Position numbers and translations under genes: made by a program
Notes under the pieces: generated by a model
What the model was told of the DNA's origin: nothing
Database searches by the model: none
The model's input: the letters and a program-made list of their open reading frames with translations, nothing else
Source: Salpingoeca rosetta
Taxonomy: Eukaryota; Protista; Choanoflagellata
Direction of reading: 5' to 3'
Assembly (NCBI GenBank): GCA_033442325.1
Contig: JAWQFM010000029.1
Location: 128,610 to 151,871 of the forward strand
Length of the DNA: 23,262 nucleotides
Part shown: positions 1-23,188 of the stretch, in pieces
Layout: every line of letters starts with the position of its first letter
Position numbering within the stretch: position 1 is the stretch's first letter

Positions 1-2
1 CG

Positions 3-118
<116 letters not shown>

Positions 119-559
119 TTGAGCAGCAGCAGCAGCATCGTCAAAACCTATCTCCCCCCCCCCCCCAATTTGCACCTTCTCTCGTGTTGTCATCGTACTG
201 TCGAGCTTCTGCTGCTCAATGTAGGACAATTGCCTATTTCGTTACGCACATCATCGCAACATGAATTGTGCACGCCATGTGCTTGCTTCGGGCGCTGTCG
301 TTACTTCCCTTGCGTGCTTTGCACAGACTGGCTTGTTTATTTCTTTCTTTGTGTCCACTTTGGCAATCTCATGTGCACCACTGCTGCGAGTAAGCAAGTG
401 AAGCGACTGTATCGGTACAAAGTACACAAACACAAAGACACGCGTGTACACGTATAACACTTGCACCATGTTACATCAAAAGCCACAAACTCGTTTGCTT
501 CGTTGCTTTTGCGAATCCACTCCCCGCCACCTACACACAGGAAGCAGTAGTCACCAGCA

Positions 560-4362
<3,803 letters not shown>

Positions 4363-4827
4363 GGCGGCCGGGATGGGGAAGAGAGCGTGTGTGCGTGGAG
4401 GGAGAGAAAGGGGGAGGGGGAGGGGAGGAGGCGCACAAACACCCACACACAAAGGCGAAGAACGACAGATCCAGTGCGCAGTGGCTTGCTTTGCTCTTCT
4501 TGTGTATTGGGAGGTGCAGCGGAAGAAGAAGTCAAAGCTGCCTTCCCATAAAAGGCAAAATTGCCTTTGTGCGCGGACGTGGTGCTGTGCTGTGCTGCGC
4601 TGTGCTGTGCTGTCGCTTGCTTGCTTGCTTGTTTGTTGGCGGTGTGTGGTCGTGATCAGTGATCCGTGCCCCGACTGCTCGCCTGTACGTCACGTGCGCA
4701 CTGGCATCGTGACGTGTCACTACGTCTGGTCGTTTATGTGGAAAGAGAGCAGCAGGAGGGGAAGAGGCAAGAAAACAAAGGGAACCGGCCCTAGGAGCAA
4801 TCGTGACATGCGCGCTGTTGATTGCAC

Positions 4828-4936
<109 letters not shown>

Positions 4937-4938
4937 CG

Positions 4939-5025
4939 CTAGGCCTGCTCTGAGTCCTTGCTGGCTGTGCTGGTCCGTGCCATGCTGTAAAGCAAGGGCC
5001 TATTTAACGCGAAAGAGAGAGAGTG

Positions 5026-5076
<51 letters not shown>

Positions 5077-5217
5077 CAGTGTGTGTGTGTGAGCGAGCGA
5101 GCGAGAGACAGACAGACACACACACACACACAGACAGACAGAGAAGCACAAGAGAAAGCACACACCGAACGAGAAATGTACGTCCACACAGCAAGTTGGC
5201 TTCAACGCACGCACACA

Positions 5218-5303
<86 letters not shown>

Positions 5304-5680
5304 GCACTCACAGCTGCTGGGTTTGTGCTGTTTCCGACACGCCGACTTGGTCTGCCATGTGCTGCCGTGTCAACCGCTCCGTGGGCTGCCTGCTTTCTGC
5401 ATCAATGCAACACCGCCAATCCCCAGCATGAGTCTCCAAGAGTTACAGCACGAGCATCGGGAATCCACCCCCTTCTTCTTCTTTCCCTCTTCTCCTATCG
5501 TTTTGCTGCATACGCCGAGTTTACCTGCGACGAGGACGGCGTGTGTATTGTTGTAGCCGTTGAACTCCAGGTATTCCCGAATCAGTTCGTTGATCAAGTA
5601 GTTTTCCGGCGGCAAGTTTGGTGCAACCTTGTCCATCTGTTTGAAGCAGCACACGTGTGAGACAGAGGGAGGACATGTGC

Positions 5681-5716
<36 letters not shown>

Positions 5717-6345
5717 GCATGAGCGTGAGCGTGTGTGCGTGTGTGTGTGTGTGCGTGTGCGTGAGCGTGAGCGTGTGTGCGTGTGTGTGTGCGTGAGCGT
5801 GTGCGTGTGAGCGTGTGCGCGTACATGCGTGAGTGTGTGTGAGCCACACACTGCGTGTTGCAACTGGACAAGTGCCACATGCCCCCACAAGCACAATCAG
5901 CAAGGACAACCAAACGTACAGCCTCGAGATGGTCGCGTGTGAGGGTGTTGTAGACCTCTGCTCGGAACTGTGCTTTCAGGCGATCCAAGACACCGGCCGA
6001 TTGCAGGCGCAACTTCAGCGCTGTGTGCGAGAGAAGTGAGTGCGAGAATGTGTGCATGTTAATGTGTGTGTTTGTGTGTTTGTGTGCATGTGTGTGCATG
6101 CATGTGTGCATGTGTGTCCATGTGTGTGTGCATGTATGTTTGTGTGCAATACTCTGGACAACCGGAACGACACCCCACAACTGACAGAGGAGGACACTGC
6201 CCTCTCTTCTCTCAACCCCCAAACACACACGCGCGCGCGTCGACTCACTTCGTCGCAGGGCTGCATCATCACCCGTGTCGGTGTCACGGCCACCACCACC
6301 GCCACCCCTGCCGTGCTGTGTTTCCTGTTTCCGCGCGCTGCTCAT
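4939..6345 (-). CDS. FOPNL: FOP-related protein of 20 kDa (FOR20/FOPNL/CEP20), LisH-domain centriole/basal-body protein, 151 aa
   Basis: Exons 6345-6249, 6020-5920, 5636-5525, 5396-5312, 4999-4939 (all GT-AG, phases match). Translation LQSAGVLDRLKAQFRAEVYNTL...PNLPPENYLINELIREYLEFNGYNNTHAVLVAESRQP...LPLLYSM matches the recalled FOPNL motifs GVLGHLKARIRAEVF, ENLLINELIREYLEFN.Y..T.SVL.AESGQP and PLLY. Confidence 0.93.
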
Positions 6346-6642
6346 AACGGTGGCCTTTTTATGGGACAAACACTAGAAATAGCATAACGGCCGGGCGGTG
6401 GGGACCTGCCTTGCTTGCTTTGTGAGTGGTGTTGCGTGCCAGCCTTGTTGTTGTTGGTGCCGTTTGTATGTTGTTGTGGTTGCTGCTCTTGCACTCAAAA
6501 CCAACCAGCAAAGCAATCACAACAGCCCACCTGATTCCCACACAGCACAACCACACCTTGCCATCTTGGCGCCTTCTCTCTCTCTCTCTGTTCCACAGGC
6601 ACACACACAGACACACACACAGGCATACACACAGACACCACC
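6346..6642. promoter_or_regulatory. Probable shared (bidirectional) promoter between head-to-head FOPNL and SDR-1
   Basis: Only 297 bp separate the two divergent ATGs (6345 minus, 6643 plus). No specific site identified. Confidence 0.5.
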
Positions 6643-7520
6643 ATGCCCACGGCACTGATCACGGGTGCATCTCGAGGCATTGGCCTGGAGCTTGCACATG
6701 CCCTCGCTTCCCGCGGTTACACCGTCATCCCCACAGCTCGCACCCTTGAAAAGGCAAAGGTAAGTCTCTTGTGTGTTCGTGTGTGTGTGTGTATGTGTGT
6801 ATGTGTGTGTCTGTGTGTGTGTCTGTGTGTTTGCCTGAATGTGTGTGTGCATGTACTTCACTACTTCCAACAACACCCCTTTCTTTGGTCTGTCTTGTCT
6901 CATTTACACACACACACACACACACACTCTCTCTCTCTCTCGCACACACTGTCTGTGATAGGGGGTTGCCGCCAATGGCGACGGCTTTGTGCCGCTTGAG
7001 CTGGACGTGGAGAGCGACGCCAGCGTCGACACGGCGGCGGAGCGCACAAAGGCAATGGGCATGAAGCTGGACGTGCTCATCAACAACGCAGGCGTCTTCC
7101 CCATGCCGTGGTCGCAGGAGGTGTTCGACAAGGCAATGAATGTCAACCTGCGCGGGCCCGTGCGCACGATGCGGGCATTTGCGCCGCTGTTCACCGACGG
7201 TGCGCGCGTCATCAACGTCTCGTCAGGGTACGGCCGCCTCACCCACAGCTCCCCCGCATACCGCCAGACCATCACCAACTGCGCGACCGTGGACGAGGTG
7301 CTCAACAACATCAAGTTTGATGCCAAGGATGAGACCATGAAGGGGACCAACCACCCGGCATACAAGATCAGCAAGGCGTGCCTGAACAGGGTGACGCAGA
7401 TCATGGCTGACGACCCAGACTTTCGTAGCCGCAACATCAAGGTCTTTGCCTGCTGCCCTGGATGGGTTCGGGTACGTTTCGCGCAGGAAACAGTGATGGG
7501 TGGGGTGGGAGGCGACAAGA

Positions 7521-7603
<83 letters not shown>

Positions 7604-7632
7604 GTGTGTGTCTGTGTGTGTCTGTGTGTGTG

Positions 7633-7663
<31 letters not shown>

Positions 7664-7947
7664 GTCTGTCTGTCTGTCTGTCTGTCTGCGAGTGTGTGAG
7701 GGTGAGGATGTGTGTGCTTGTACGCATGCGTGCATGCGAGTGTTGTCATTCGATAACAGACAGGGCCTTCTCATCCCCTTCTCCCCCGCCTTCCCCCTAA
7801 TACTCGTTGCAGACGCAGATGGGTGGCCCCAATGCCACGCGGTCCATCGCCGAGGGCGCCGCCTCCGTCCTGGCGCTCGTGGAGCCAAAGGACGAGCACG
7901 TCTCTGGCGGGTTCTATCGCGATGGCGAGCCCATCTCTTTTGAATGA
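6643..7947 (+). CDS. Short-chain dehydrogenase/reductase, carbonyl-reductase-like (SDR paralog 1), 253 aa, probably NADP(H)-preferring
   Basis: Exons 6643-6759, 6962-7471, 7813-7947. Motifs: [24 protein letters not shown], catalytic YKISK, CPGWVRTQMGG. Basic residues in the Gly motif and after beta-2 (TAR) suggest NADP(H). Confidence 0.93.
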
Positions 7948-8326
7948 ACACAAAGCCTGGCACTCTTGTGTCTGCCAACACACAGCACACAGGCTGACAT
8001 GACATCCCTGCTTTCAACCACACACATACACACACACGCACTGACTATGATTATGCTTCTGTTACACAATACATGCGGGATGAGACAAGGCGGCGTGCAC
8101 TGTCGTTCATGTCATGCATGAGTACACACACTGTCCTCTTTGTGCCCGCAACAACACAAGAAGCAAACGAAGAAGAAGGGAAGAAAACGCGTTTGAAGAG
8201 AGCAGCAGAAACACTCACGCAAACAAACAAACAAACAACGATGTCGCAATCAAGTCGTCAGTCGTTCATTTCACTGTCTGTTTGTCACGCACCGCCTCCC
8301 CATCACCATAGCCGACCAACACGACG

Positions 8327-9293
8327 ATGGCGTCGCCTGTTGCTTTGATCACTGGCTCGGCCCGCGGCATTGGCAGAGAGGTTGCCCGCACGCTGGCCGC
8401 ACGGGGATGGACGGTCGTCGCCAGCGCCCGCACACTCGAAGCAGCCCGTGTACGCCTTGCTCTATGTGTGTATGTGCGTGTGCATGTGTATGTGTATGCA
8501 TGTGCGTGTGTACTTGTGTGTGTGTGTGTACATGTGTGTGTGTCAAACACCACACAAACACACAGGTGCAAAGTGAGCGCTTCTGCCTGCAGGCACCTTA
8601 TTTCTTTTCGCACAGTTGACACACATGCACACACACGCGCGCACACACACGCACACAAAGGCTGTCGCAGAGGAAGAGGGAGGCGAGGGCAAGTCGTTTG
8701 TGCCGCTGGAGCTGGACGTGGAGAGACAAGGCAGCGTGCAGGATGCTGCGCACCACGTGCAGGCCCTCGGCATGAAGCTGGACGTCCTCATCAACAACGC
8801 CGCACACTTTGAGACGGGATGGACACAGCCTCTCTTCGACAAGACGATGAACGTCAACTTCTACGGGCCAGTCCACACCATGCGCGCCTTCTCGCCGCTC
8901 CTGGTCGACGGAGGGCGCATCGTCAACGTGGCATCGTGGTTTGGCCAGCTGCATCAGATCTCGCAGCCGTATCGGGACGCCGTCACCAGCTGCAACTCCA
9001 TTGAGGAACTCATCTCCAACATCAAATTCAACGCCATGGACGGAGACATGCGTGCGACCGCGCACTCCTGCTACAAGCTCAGCAAGGCCTGCCTCATCCG
9101 CGCCACCGGCTTTGCTGCCCAAGACCCAGACCTTGTGCAGCGCAACATCAAGGTCTTTGCCGTCTGTCCCGGCTGGGTTCGAGTAAGTTGCATGGGTACG
9201 GCGTGTGTGTGTGCGCGCGCGTATGTGTGTGCGTGTGTGCATGTGAGTATGCGTGTGCGTGTGTGCATGTGAGTATGCGTGAGAGAGTGTGAG

Positions 9294-9365
<72 letters not shown>

Positions 9366-9813
9366 AAGTTGTATGTGTACATGATTGTCTGATTGTGTTT
9401 GAGAGGCGCCATCATACTGTACCTGAGTAATGTGTGTTTGGATACCGTCACATCCTTACCACAGGGCCAGCAGGCACTTTGCAAACACTGTTCTGTGGAA
9501 TCATGCCACATCCCACTGCCCTAACCTTTCTTTCTTGCCCGCATGCATGAACACAAGAGAACGTTGCCCGTTCCCTTTTTCCCCCCTTCGTCTCACGGAA
9601 ACTACACATACACACACACAACGCAAACTCAACGCAAACACAACCACACACACACAACATTCATTTATCCTTTGCCAGACGCAGATGGGCGGGCCAAGCG
9701 CCACCCGCTCCGTTCCAGAAGGCGCCGCCTCTGTCTTGGCGCTCGTTGATCCAAAGGAAGAGCACGTGTCTGGCGGCTTCTACCGCGATGGCAAGCCCAT
9801 GAGCATCGACTGA
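8327..9813 (+). CDS. Short-chain dehydrogenase/reductase, carbonyl-reductase-like (SDR paralog 2), about 259 aa
   Basis: Exons 8327-8449, 8661-9182 (acceptor ambiguous, alternative 8616), 9679-9813. Motifs [37 protein letters not shown]. Same intron positions as paralog 1. Confidence 0.92.
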
Positions 9814-10288
9814 CACCGACACGCCTGCGCGTCGCTCCACCTTTGCACATCACGAACACCCGCGTCCACGCGATGCAACACACAACCGTTACCGTACTTG
9901 CTTGCGAACTGCTTGATTGCTTGCCTGCATGCATCCTTTCCTCCTCAGCCTCCACTCGATGTTGCAGTGATTTCGGACTTGAAAGAGGCCTCTCACCTCA
10001 AGCAACATTCTTCGTTGTTTACTTGTTGTTCTGAGGTTGCCCTCTCGTCTCGTCTTGTTAGCCATGCTCTGCCCCATCTGTCTTCCTGTCTTCCTGTCGC
10101 GTCGCGTGTGCTCCTTGTAGGCCCGCCCAGTGAAAGAGAAGAGAAGACGACGAAGGAGAGACAAACAGAACGAAGAGGGGGGAAGAGGGAAGGAGGGAAA
10201 CCGAAGATCCTGTCCTCCCAACTGTCCTTCCCGTGCGTTGTATTGGCCTACAAATAGGCCAAATTCACAACCCACAAAACGCAAAAAG

Positions 10289-18282
<7,994 letters not shown>

Positions 18283-18694
18283 GTGTGTGTGTGCGTGCGT
18301 GTGAGTACACGTACATGTGTGTACGTGTGTGTACGTGTGTGTATATGTGTGTGTATATGTGTGTGTATATGTGTGTGTATATGTGTGTGTATGTGCGGCG
18401 TGTCGTGTGGGCTGCTTTGTCGGCCCACCGCTTTTCGTTTGTGTTACCGTGCACTGCTTGTTGCATGTTACTGACCTCTTTCTGCTTATTGTGGTTCTCG
18501 GTTTTGGGATTTTACGCAATGTCGGTTATCAACAAGGAACAGAATGTAAACGACTTCGCAAAGCAATCAGCAAGCCACCGCACAACACCACATGTAAATC
18601 CACACCCGAACGTACACACATGTACACATCTACAGCCACAATTCAGTTTCCAGATTCAGTCTGGGCTCCAGTAGGAGGTTGAGAACAAACAAAG

Positions 18695-18797
<103 letters not shown>

Positions 18798-18945
18798 GGT
18801 GCAACCACACAGGTGAGAAACGCAGTGGTTGAAAGCCCAAAACACACACACACACACACACGTGCACACATGCACAAATGGACAAAGGGAACACGTGCCA
18901 CAGTGGTAGCGGCGGCGGTGATGGAGATGGTGTGTGGATTGACAT

Positions 18946-19708
18946 CTACGAGAGCGGGAGGGTTGGGGTTACGTCTGATTCGCTACAGATGACGGTGAGC
19001 AAGTTGTTGACGAGACGCGTGGATTCCGCCGACTCCAACTCAACACCGCGCTCCTGTGGCGGTGCGAGATGTTGTATGTTTGTATGTGTGTGTATGCATG
19101 TATGTGTGTGTGCGTGTGTGTATGTATGTGTGTGTGCGTGTATGTATGTGTGTGTGTGTGTGTGTGCGTGTGTGCGGAGGTGTCAGCGTGTGAACAAAGC
19201 AACAATTACCACAGCAACAGACACAGCAGCAGCAGAATGCACAACAACTTGTCCTCCGCGCAACATGTTGGGTGGTGGTCGCACCCTGAGGCTCTCGACA
19301 GCCGTGGTTGCGATGTCGACGGCGCCGGAGACGATGGCCTGGCGCGCAGCAATCACAGCAGAGGCCTGGGAGGAAGGAAGGGAGGAAGGGAGGGTGGGAG
19401 GTGGGGTTGAGAGATGTGGGTGAGGATGAGGCCGCTGTGTCGTTCAAAGAAGAGGTTGACACGTACTCTGAGAGAGGGTGTGCTCCCTCCCCCAACACAC
19501 ACACACACACATGCATGTCACGTGCACACGACTTCACGCCAAGAGCAGCGCACCTGCTGTCGCTTGAGCATGGCCGCAGCCACGACGGGCGCATATGACA
19601 CCTCCTTGAGATCAAAGTGGTGGACCAGAATTCCGGCAGCCGTTGCTCGCTCCTGCAGGCGTTCGCGCAGCTCATGCGACACCATGTTACACTGCGTGTG
19701 TGTGTGTG

Positions 19709-19746
<38 letters not shown>

Positions 19747-20733
19747 GTGTGTGTGTGGTGGGGAAAGTGGGTTGACAATTCAACAAGCAGGGTGAGGTAT
19801 GTCAGCACTTGCATAGTCGTCAAAATGTCACGGCACACGCCATTGCACCCTCGCTGCCACATATCTTTCACAACCATCAACAATAACGTCACTGTCTCAT
19901 CATGATTGCCGCTTCGCTTCCCCCCCCGTCGCTTTCGTACATGTGTGCGCAGACTTGGGCTGTCGTCGTGGGACTCATACACGTAGTTTGCAATCACCTG
20001 TCAAGTGGAACAATGCGACGTGGTGAGCAATGACGAGAAGGCAACATTTTGCTTTGCTTTGCTTTGCTTTGCTTGCAAGCATTTCATCACCACGACAAGG
20101 GCCATCGTGCTGCACCGAGCGTCATGGCAGTGCTCACGTTCTTCAGGACGGCCTCGCCCTGGTTTGAGAGATAATCCGTTGGTCGCGAGATCTCAATGGC
20201 GGCGCGGTAGCTGTTCACAAACTGCACACGCGGTGGTAGGGTGAGGGGTAAGGTGGTGCGAGTGTGTGGTGGTGGTGTTGGCGGAGACAGGCGGGAGGGA
20301 AAGTAGCTGGAAGATGCAACGTACACATATGACACACACATGTGCACAAACACACACATGCACACACATGCACACACACACAAAATAGGGTGTGCACCTG
20401 GTAGATGACGACGGCTGAGACGATGAGCGGGTTGCCCTCCTTGTCGAGGACAGTGCGGCGGCCGCTTCGCTCGTCGGGGAGATCCATGGACCGCATCTGC
20501 TTGCTGATCGGCAGTACCGTGCGCCCGAAGATGTTGCTGTAGTGCAGGCCTGCAATTGGCACGGGCGCAGCAGTGATGTGAGAGGAGAGGAGGCGGGGCG
20601 GGAGGAGGGAGATGAGAAAAGAGAAAACAGAGAGAAAGGGAGTCACTTGGACGATGAAACGAATGTGAATGATGCTGGCTGGCAGAGAAGCGACACACAC
20701 ACGCACGCACACACACACGCACGCACACACGCA

Positions 20734-20792
<59 letters not shown>

Positions 20793-21368
20793 GAGATGTG
20801 TGCCACGCACCTGGGGTCTTGATGGTGCGCTCGTAGCGGCCGTAGCGGAGGATGACAGCCTCATTCTGCTGCTTCACAGTGAAGAAGGAGCTATCACATG
20901 CACGCACGGCAGAATGAAGGCAGGTGAGCAGCCAGCGTCGGTGCCACAAGTCAGTTGGTTGCGCCGCTGCTCAGTGAGTGAGAGGACAGAGTGTCAGGAG
21001 CATGAAGGATCGCAGAACATGAGTGCACGTACGAGAGGAGGGTGGAGCCAAAGCTGAGTGGGCAGCACAGCGTGCCGAGGCAGCACGACAGCGGGTGGCA
21101 CTTCTGGGGCGGCGTGTCGGGCTGCACGAGGGAGGTAACGAACGCGTCACATGAGACGGAGCGTGGCAGAATAAGCAGGATGATAAGTACACGTGAGAGA
21201 GTTAGTGTGTGAGTGTGAGTATGGCTGTTCACGCGCGTTCATCACAGACAGACACAGTGTTGTTGCTGTTGTTGTTACCTCTGCGAGGAGATCCGCTGGA
21301 GCCTTGAGCAAGGCGGCCTGGTCGGAGAACGACGGCTCATGGGTGATGGGGGCGGTGGCGTTGCTCAT
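18946..21368 (-). CDS. SPFH/band-7 (stomatin-prohibitin-flotillin-HflK/C) domain protein, 292 aa, with a Cys-rich N-terminal anchor
   Basis: Exons 21368-21279, 21121-21033, 20890-20811, 20549-20398, 20221-20138, 19997-19941, 19691-19554, 19365-19285, 19053-18946 (all GT-AG, in phase). Translation includes FFTVKQQNEAVILRYGRYERTIKTPGLHY, VLDKEGNPLIVSAVVIYQ, ELRERLQERATAAGILV, VSYAPVVAAAMLKRQQASAVIAARQAIVSGAV and RLVNNLLTVICSE. Confidence 0.92.
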
Positions 21369-21903
21369 GGTTGGTTGGTTGATTGGTTGTTTGGTTAGTT
21401 GGTTGGTTGTGCTCTTGCTTCGTTGTCCTCTTTGTTGTGCTCTTGCTTCTGCCTGTTGATTTGACCTGTTCAATGTTGGTGATAATGTGCAGAGTCGGGA
21501 ACGATGAACGAAATGGGCACGACGCGGGGAACCGCCCATCACCCTGCTGCTGAACAGCAATCAGCACACACCCGCTCCCAACTCAACACACTGATGAAGC
21601 ACAACATGCTCCTCTCGCTCGCTCCCTGCCTCCATCTCCAACCTTTTGCGTCACTGATGAGTCATCATCAATGGAGAACGACAGCGACACCATAAAGTGC
21701 AGCGGCAGTGCGAGTGGCTGGTGGTGCTTCTCTCTCGCGTCGGCATCCCCACCTCACCAGCCAGACGATCATCCTCATCACCCATGTATTGTGGCGGGAC
21801 CCCCAAAGCAGCAAGCCAGCGGCGCCGTCAAAGCGACAGTGTAACAAGGCAAGAGCACCATCATGTGAGGCAGGCATGCAGGCAGGCAGGCGGGCACATC
21901 GTG

Positions 21904-22175
21904 TCATGATATATTGGTCTGCTTCTGCTGGTAGTATTGCATCCTCCTTCGCCTCAGCCCCTGTGCAGATGAAGCGTTGCTTGCAACCCCATCCGTCGCA
22001 TCAGCTGCTGCAGCATCAGCAGCAGCTGCTGCGCCACGGTCTCGCCCCTGCTGCTGCTGTGTCTGATGCTGTGTCTGCTGCTGTTGTTGTTCTGTTGCCC
22101 TTTTCGCATCACGCGTCACCCGTTCGTCATCCCTGTAGCCCGTCGCAGCTGACACGCCTGCACCAAGGCAACCAA

Positions 22176-22206
<31 letters not shown>

Positions 22207-23066
22207 CGAATAAAGGGGGGCACACGCACAGGAACAGTGAGAAGAGGACCGTCAAGAAGGGATATGGAGGTGCATGCTTGAGATGAATGACAGCGGGTCA
22301 AGATGAAGTGTGCTGACGTGTGAGTGAAGTGTCCCACCACAGGTGCACACGCAAGAACCACCCACGTGTGAATCGGGAGTATGCCGGGGGTTGCGTCGGC
22401 TGCTGTTGCTGCTGTTGCTGCTGCTGCTGCTGTTGCTGCTGTTGCTGCTGTTGCTGCTGTTGCTGCTGTTGAGCGTCTTGTTGTTCTCCCCTGTGCCCAG
22501 TTGCAGACGCCACGCCTGGAGGAAGACAACCCACGCACAAAGTAGCGTGCCGTGAGCAGAGCAGCACACATGCACACACACACACGCACACTCTGTCTGA
22601 CGCACTCTCACATGAATGTACTCGTGTCAACTCACGTGTGAATCTGTCTGGGCGGTCACCGGGGCGGTCCCAGAACGATTGGGGACGGTGGCCGTTTCGG
22701 CCAGTGCGGAGCTGGCGTGGGAGGTCAGACTTGAGCACGCGCGCGTACGCAAGGCCTGCATGGTGGTGGTGGTGAGGAGGAGGAGGGGGAGCAAGGATTC
22801 TGCTACATTGAAGAGTGCGCATGTGCGGAGAGCGTCAAGCACACAACAGATGGCGTGCATGCACATACACACACATACACAGCAACGACAAGAACTTGTG
22901 TGAACGCACCGACGAGGATGCCGCAGAGATGGCCGAGGAGCGAAGACTGGGGAGCAATGACTTGAATAACGAGCAATTCCACCCAATACGCGTATTTCGT
23001 CGGGACACGCATGCCCAGGATGAACGACGACCCGTCCCCACGCGGATCGGTCGCCTGCATGATCAC
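21904..23066 (-). CDS. RHBDD1: Rhomboid intramembrane serine protease, RHBDD1/RHBDL4-like (3' exons only; the 5' part lies beyond the window)
   Basis: Exons 23066-22910, 22755-22636, 22515-22366, 22157-21904. ILGMRVPTKYAYWVELLVIQVIAPQSSLLGHLCGILVG matches the recalled RHBDD1 segment ILGFPVPNRFACWVEL...GTSFAGHLAGILVG, with the catalytic His. The C-terminal LRRRRMQYY resembles the p97/VCP-binding motif. The catalytic Ser is not in the window. Confidence 0.8.
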
Positions 23067-23185
23067 CTGCACATGTGAACAATGGACGTGGCACATGAGG
23101 GAAAGAGAGGGTGAGAAAACGAGAGAGAGAGAGAGAGTGTGTGTGTGTGTGTGTGCGTGTGTGCGTGTGTATGTGTGTGAAAACG

Positions 23186-23188
<3 letters not shown>

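Noticed and set aside
6346-6642. RFX X-box expected upstream of a ciliary gene
   Set aside because: No convincing GTTRCC...RGYAAC dyad is visible by eye.
7945-7947. TGA stops of the SDRs and FBXL4 as possible selenocysteine or readthrough sites
   Set aside because: They fall at the expected C-termini by homology or paralogy, and no SECIS-like element was recognised.
18340-18392. 12-nt tandem repeat (tatgtgtgtgta) x4 after the FBXL4 stop
   Set aside because: Simple higher-order expansion of a GT microsatellite.
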